DNA from: an uncultured Candidatus Saccharibacteria bacterium
GTDB lineage: Bacteria; Patescibacteriota; Dojkabacteria; B142; JAFGMG01
Reading direction: 5' to 3'
Length of the DNA: 64,000 nucleotides
Assembly (NCBI GenBank): GCA_964444125.1
Contig: CAYUFB010000002.1
Location: forward strand, 9,075-73,074
Shown one piece after another: positions 59,791 through 64,000 of the stretch. The notes beneath the pieces are model-generated. The model was given only the letters and a program-made list of their open reading frames with translations, searched no databases and had not been told where the DNA came from. A program made the position numbers and the translations under genes. The first letter of the stretch is position 1, and every line of letters begins with the position of its first letter.

Positions 59791-60535
59791 ATATACAAAA
59801 ATATTAAGCTTTATCACCGTACTAGTTGCGGGTTATTTTTTGTTTGTTACTGGCGTTCAGGCACAGAATTTTTCTGAATGTATTAGGGATAAAACAGTTA
59901 ATCAAACTGGTTATGTCTGCAGTTTGTGTGGTGATTCTGCCATAGATGCCGAAAGGGAATCAAATTGTGATAAACGTGTAATTGAAGGATATAAATGGGA
60001 TGCAAGTACCTGTAGTTGTATAAACACAAAGAGTAGTTGTTCTGGGATTTCTGAAAATGTTCAAAAGAGTCGCAAAGTTCAATGTTTTGCCAATGGGAAT
60101 ATGTGGAATTATTCAAGTTGTGAATGTATAAATAGTCAAACAGCAATGCCAATTGTTATGTCGCCTACCGTTGATAATGGATTAGGTAATGGATTGGACG
60201 ATACTACTAATAGTATCATCGGTATTTTTGATCGGGTCTTTTTCAAGACTAATTTCGATGGATCTGTCGACAACGTCTCTGAACTTATCAGAATGGCGTT
60301 TATTATTATTTTCATGATTATTGCTATTGTGGCATTTTTCTTAGGTATTTATGGAATGTATCTCTATAGTACAGCATTTGATGATGACGAGAAGGTTTCC
60401 AAAGCACAGAAGATTTTCAAAGATGCTTTGATTGGACTATTTATTGCTATTGCAGGTATTGTGCTTGTGCAGGTAGTCGCGATATTTTTGGGAGTAGATA
60501 GTGCTGATCTTTTTACTTTTAATGTAAGCAATTAA
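59780..60535 (+). CDS. Pilin with N-terminal Cys-rich repeats (array gene 3)
   Basis: WDASTCSCI and WNYSSCECI repeats; GIYGMYLYSTAFDDDEKVSKAQKIFKDALIGLFI. Confidence 0.8.
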   Translation: MLSKYTKILSFITVLVAGYFLFVTGVQAQNFSECIRDKTVNQTGYVCSLCGDSAIDAERESNCDKRVIEGYKWDASTCSCINTKSSCSGISENVQKSRKVQCFANGNMWNYSSCECINSQTAMPIVMSPTVDNGLGNGLDDTTNSIIGIFDRVFFKTNFDGSVDNVSELIRMAFIIIFMIIAIVAFFLGIYGMYLYSTAFDDDEKVSKAQKIFKDALIGLFIAIAGIVLVQVVAIFLGVDSADLFTFNVSN

Positions 60536-60545
60536 AATAGAATTT

Positions 60546-61127
60546 ATGAAGAAAATTTTTTTCATTTTCGCAATAATTTTTATTTCTCTTGGCTCGTTGG
60601 GGCAGGTATTTGCACAGACTCAAGAGGAGGTTCAAGAAAATGGGGTTAATATTCAAGTTGGAGAGAATACCTTAAATCTAGATATCTTTGACCCAACGGG
60701 AGGTTGGGGGAATGTAGGAATTCTTGCACTATTGGGTTTGATTGGACAATTAATTTTTGGTTTACTTGTAGTCGTTTGGATATTTATAGCTTTGCTATCT
60801 GGTTTGAAAATAGTAAGAAGTCAGGGCAAAGCAGAAGATATTGAATCTGGCACTGGAGCTATAGGCAATATGCTTAAAGGTATTACGTTTGGTCTCCTGT
60901 TTTTTGTAGCAGTGTCTGTTATTGGTATGATCACGGGTGCCGGCACTGTCTTTGAATGGTCTGATAATTTGCAGGAATGCTCATGTGAAGCATCAGTTGA
61001 AGGAACTCCTTGTTATACATATAAATTCCAGGCTGAGGCCAGTGTGGAAGAAGAAACTGTTTGGGCATGTGAGAGAGATCAGCATGGCTCAAAATTCGGC
61101 AAAGGATGGTTTTCTAGTTTGGATTGA
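60546..61127 (+). CDS. Pilin with C-terminal Cys-rich tail (array gene 4)
   Basis: SGLKIVRSQGKAEDIESGTGAIGNMLKGITFG then CSC..C..C. Confidence 0.78.
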   Translation: MKKIFFIFAIIFISLGSLGQVFAQTQEEVQENGVNIQVGENTLNLDIFDPTGGWGNVGILALLGLIGQLIFGLLVVVWIFIALLSGLKIVRSQGKAEDIESGTGAIGNMLKGITFGLLFFVAVSVIGMITGAGTVFEWSDNLQECSCEASVEGTPCYTYKFQAEASVEEETVWACERDQHGSKFGKGWFSSLD

Positions 61128-61152
61128 CTTTTGTTTGTTAAATCGTTATCCT
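61124..61152 (+). promoter_or_regulatory. Possible internal promoter upstream of pilin gene 5
   Basis: TTGACT-17 nt-TATCCT. Confidence 0.45.
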
Positions 61153-61179
61153 GATTTTATATATTAATTTAAATTCAAA

Positions 61180-61731
61180 ATGAAAAAGTACCTTACAAAA
61201 GGAGCTTTGGTGTTAGTAGTTTCGTATTCGTTCGCTAATGTGGCATATGCACAAAGTCTTCTACCTGCATTTATGGATGAGTTTTTAAATGATTGGAATA
61301 ATACAAATTCTGTCGATAAGATTAGTGGATTTATCAGGCTTGCTTTGACACTTGCATTTGGTGTTGTAATCCTTGCTGCTGTAGCATATTCTATTATGGC
61401 TGCTATCAAATACATCAAGAGTCAAGGAGATGCTGGTCAAGTGGAAGAAGCGAACAAAGCTATCAAAGCAATATTTCAAGGAGTTGTAGCTATGTTTGTA
61501 GGTATTATTGGGGTTGTTTTGGTATTCTTCATATTCAATGTCGCTCTTCCAGATCCAAGTATACCTTCTATTTGTGTGAAATGTCCAGAAAGTAATACTT
61601 GTAGGGTTTGTAGTGAAGGTAAACAAGAAAAGGGTGGAACGGATTATGTTTTGTCGGGTAATCCAAAATCGCCAGCAACAGAAGATGAGTGTAATCCAAA
61701 AACAGATACTATAGATTGTGAAGATTATTAA
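61180..61731 (+). CDS. Pilin with C-terminal Cys-rich tail (array gene 5)
   Basis: AAIKYIKSQGDAGQVEEANKAIKAIFQGVV then CVKC..CRVC..C..C. Confidence 0.82.
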   Translation: MKKYLTKGALVLVVSYSFANVAYAQSLLPAFMDEFLNDWNNTNSVDKISGFIRLALTLAFGVVILAAVAYSIMAAIKYIKSQGDAGQVEEANKAIKAIFQGVVAMFVGIIGVVLVFFIFNVALPDPSIPSICVKCPESNTCRVCSEGKQEKGGTDYVLSGNPKSPATEDECNPKTDTIDCEDY

Positions 61732-61761
61732 TTGTTTTGCTGGGTTAATTAAAGATAATAG

Positions 61762-62805
61762 GTGAAAGCAATTTTATCGGTTCGTTTTATAATCATATTT
61801 TTGTTAATTGCCTTCTTGCTGGTAGGTTCGGTTTTTGCTCAATTTGGCTCTGGCGATGAACCTGCCAGGCTTCGTGACCTTGAGCCTCTTTTGGTGCAAC
61901 TGATTTATGTGATATGGGCACTTGGTGGGATAATATTTACAGCTGCGTTGATGTTTATAGGGTTTCTCTACATGACAAGTGCTGGAGATCCTCAAAAACA
62001 AGAGGCTTTGAAGAAACGCGCGACAAATTGGCTTTTTGGACTGATTCTGTTTTTCGCGGGATACCCATTGGTGTTGACTGCGTACAATGTTTTAGATATA
62101 GGTCAATCAAATCCGGATTGTTATAAATCAGTTTCAACTCCTGGGTTTCATTTTTTCTTCCCCGATGTATGTACTGATCCACTAGAGGGAACAGAGTTTC
62201 TTGTTGGTCAAACGGTTCAGAAAGCAAATTTAACTGAAGAAGAATTTATACAGAAACTTATAGATGGAAAAAGATGTGTCTTAAATGATAAATATGCTCC
62301 CGTAGAAAGCTATATATTTTCAAAAGATGATTATAAATTGTATAAGTACAAAATGGAAAGCAATGGGAATTGCTTGAAATATGATATTGTAGTACGTAAT
62401 TCAGTAGATATGAGGAATAGAGAGTATTTATATGTTTTCAGAGATGGTAAAATATTTGAGGAAGATGGGACATTCTATGTTTACGGAGGCAACTGTAGTA
62501 ATGATGGTATAAAAAACACGGGCAGGCAAGATATGTGTTGTTTGGGTGATCAGGGAAAACATTTCGTTGTTCCTTCCAGGACAGCTTCTGAAAATGATGA
62601 GCAGGGAGGATCCAAACGTCAGTATGTCAGAATGCTTGATGGGACAATAACATATTTTTGGTATGATGCAAAAGGAAATGATATTGGTGCGTGTGATTGT
62701 GAAAGGGATGGAAATACAACTGGGAGTGGTACTACTTGTAAATCTTTTTCAGGTGTAAGAGTATCTTTAGATTTATCTAATATCAGTGGGGTCCAAGTCC
62801 CATAG
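61762..62805 (+). CDS. Pilin with large Cys-containing C-terminal domain (array gene 6)
   Basis: IGFLYMTSAGDPQKQEALKKRATNWLFGLIL followed by a C-terminal region of about 230 aa containing about 11 Cys. Confidence 0.82.
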   Translation: MKAILSVRFIIIFLLIAFLLVGSVFAQFGSGDEPARLRDLEPLLVQLIYVIWALGGIIFTAALMFIGFLYMTSAGDPQKQEALKKRATNWLFGLILFFAGYPLVLTAYNVLDIGQSNPDCYKSVSTPGFHFFFPDVCTDPLEGTEFLVGQTVQKANLTEEEFIQKLIDGKRCVLNDKYAPVESYIFSKDDYKLYKYKMESNGNCLKYDIVVRNSVDMRNREYLYVFRDGKIFEEDGTFYVYGGNCSNDGIKNTGRQDMCCLGDQGKHFVVPSRTASENDEQGGSKRQYVRMLDGTITYFWYDAKGNDIGACDCERDGNTTGSGTTCKSFSGVRVSLDLSNISGVQVP

Positions 62806-62828
62806 TATCGTATATATGATTAAACATT

Positions 62829-63950
62829 ATGCTCAAACTACTACACATCTCAGACATACATCTTGAAGCGAAGTTTGGTTTCCTTGGTGACAAAGCTAGT
62901 CAGGCAAGGGGTGCAATAGTGAAAGCTTTTGAGAGATCTATTGATGAAGCAATTTCTAATAATGTACATTTTCTGATAATTTCTGGAGATCTATTTGACA
63001 CTCCGTATCCATCTCAGACAGCAATCGATATTGTCAAAAAAGGTATCAAGAAACTTGAAGAGAAGGGCATTTATACAGTAATTATCCCAGGCAATCATGA
63101 TTATCTTGCAGCAGGATCTGTATATTTATCTCCTGAATTTTCAGAGGGATTGAATAAATTGATATTGTTTAACAATCCGAAAGAAATTAGAAGAGATATC
63201 GTAGATTTAAATTTAAGTCTATATGCAAAGCCAAACGATACTTCCAAAAGTCTTAAATCTCCTATTGTATCAAATGATGAAGTAGAGCAGAGTAAGAATG
63301 AATTTGATGCCCAATACAAAATTTGCATTGCGCATGGATCTTATGAAATGGGAAATGGAGAGATGAATTATCCTATAAAGAAAGAAGATATTGCAAATTC
63401 AAAGTTTGACTATATAGCACTTGGTGATTGGCATGGGACTAAGGATGTAAGCCATCAAGATCACAAAGCTTTTTATCCTGGATCACTTGAGCCACTTGCC
63501 ATAGATCAAAAATCGAGCGGTAAAGCATTATTGGTGACAGTTGAGAAGACAACTACTGTAGAAGAAATACAAATTGGCAAAATTAATTGTGAAAAACTTG
63601 AGATTGACATAACTCAGGCAGAAAATATTATTTCAATAATAGAAAAGAACTTAGATAATTTGATTGACCACAATAAAAATTATATGATCCAGGTCGATTT
63701 GATAGGCGATAGAGATCTTCAGACAAGATTTGAATTCGAAAAAATAATTGAATATTTCGAAGAAAAGTATTTCTTCATTAAATTTAATGATAAGACAAAA
63801 CTGAAATTAACAGATTTGGATCTTGCAAATTATCCTGACTATACAATAATTGGCAAGTTTATTCAGAATTTGCGCAAAAGGGATGATGTAGACTCTGGTC
63901 TAATAGACCAGGCGATTCACAAGGGAGTCAATCTGCTTGATAGAGAGTAG
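62829..63950 (+). CDS. sbcD: SbcD/Mre11-family DNA repair exonuclease
   Basis: HISDIHL, SGDLFD, PGNHD, AHGS, YIALGDWH, YPGSLE. Confidence 0.88.
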   Translation: MLKLLHISDIHLEAKFGFLGDKASQARGAIVKAFERSIDEAISNNVHFLIISGDLFDTPYPSQTAIDIVKKGIKKLEEKGIYTVIIPGNHDYLAAGSVYLSPEFSEGLNKLILFNNPKEIRRDIVDLNLSLYAKPNDTSKSLKSPIVSNDEVEQSKNEFDAQYKICIAHGSYEMGNGEMNYPIKKEDIANSKFDYIALGDWHGTKDVSHQDHKAFYPGSLEPLAIDQKSSGKALLVTVEKTTTVEEIQIGKINCEKLEIDITQAENIISIIEKNLDNLIDHNKNYMIQVDLIGDRDLQTRFEFEKIIEYFEEKYFFIKFNDKTKLKLTDLDLANYPDYTIIGKFIQNLRKRDDVDSGLIDQAIHKGVNLLDRE

Positions 63951-64000
63951 TTTCCCTTGCTACTAAATAAATCTCCAATTTGCTAAAATGAATCCATGAA

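Noticed and set aside
1-64000. Alternative genetic code (TGA=Gly code 25, or global TAR=Gln)
   Set aside because: Core genes translate full length in code 11 and end at TAA, TAG and TGA at the expected C-termini

Overview
AT-rich bacterial chromosome segment that starts at the replication origin (DnaA boxes, dnaA-dnaN) and uses genetic code 11. Gene content strongly suggests a Patescibacteria/CPR genome (Dojkabacteria/Microgenomates-like; inference): tandem VirB2/TrbC-type pilin genes, two sortases, two FemABX ligases, a membrane-anchored MurF, a membrane-anchored Clp ATPase, degenerate DHH proteins and a TsaC-TsaE fusion. Housekeeping genes include pcrA, argS, pyrG, dnaG, tsaD, HU, def, comM, ftsK, trmD, rpsO, ftsQ/A/Z, rpoD and sbcD. 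Most notable observations: (1) a six-gene array of modular, mostly Cys-rich pilins translationally coupled to a membrane-anchored Hsp100 ATPase; (2) a seventh pilin paralogue between ftsQ and ftsA that shares a 117-bp near-identical tract with the array gene but has a different head and two in-frame stops; (3) three in-frame stops, one certainly and two plausibly from Gln codons, and two +1 A-run frameshifts; (4) inverted arrays of 7-bp repeats after dnaN; (5) many apparently leaderless promoters; (6) a CIRCE operator before hsp20. No rRNA, tRNA, CRISPR array or transposase was recognised. All protein calls come from motif recognition by eye; no searches were run.
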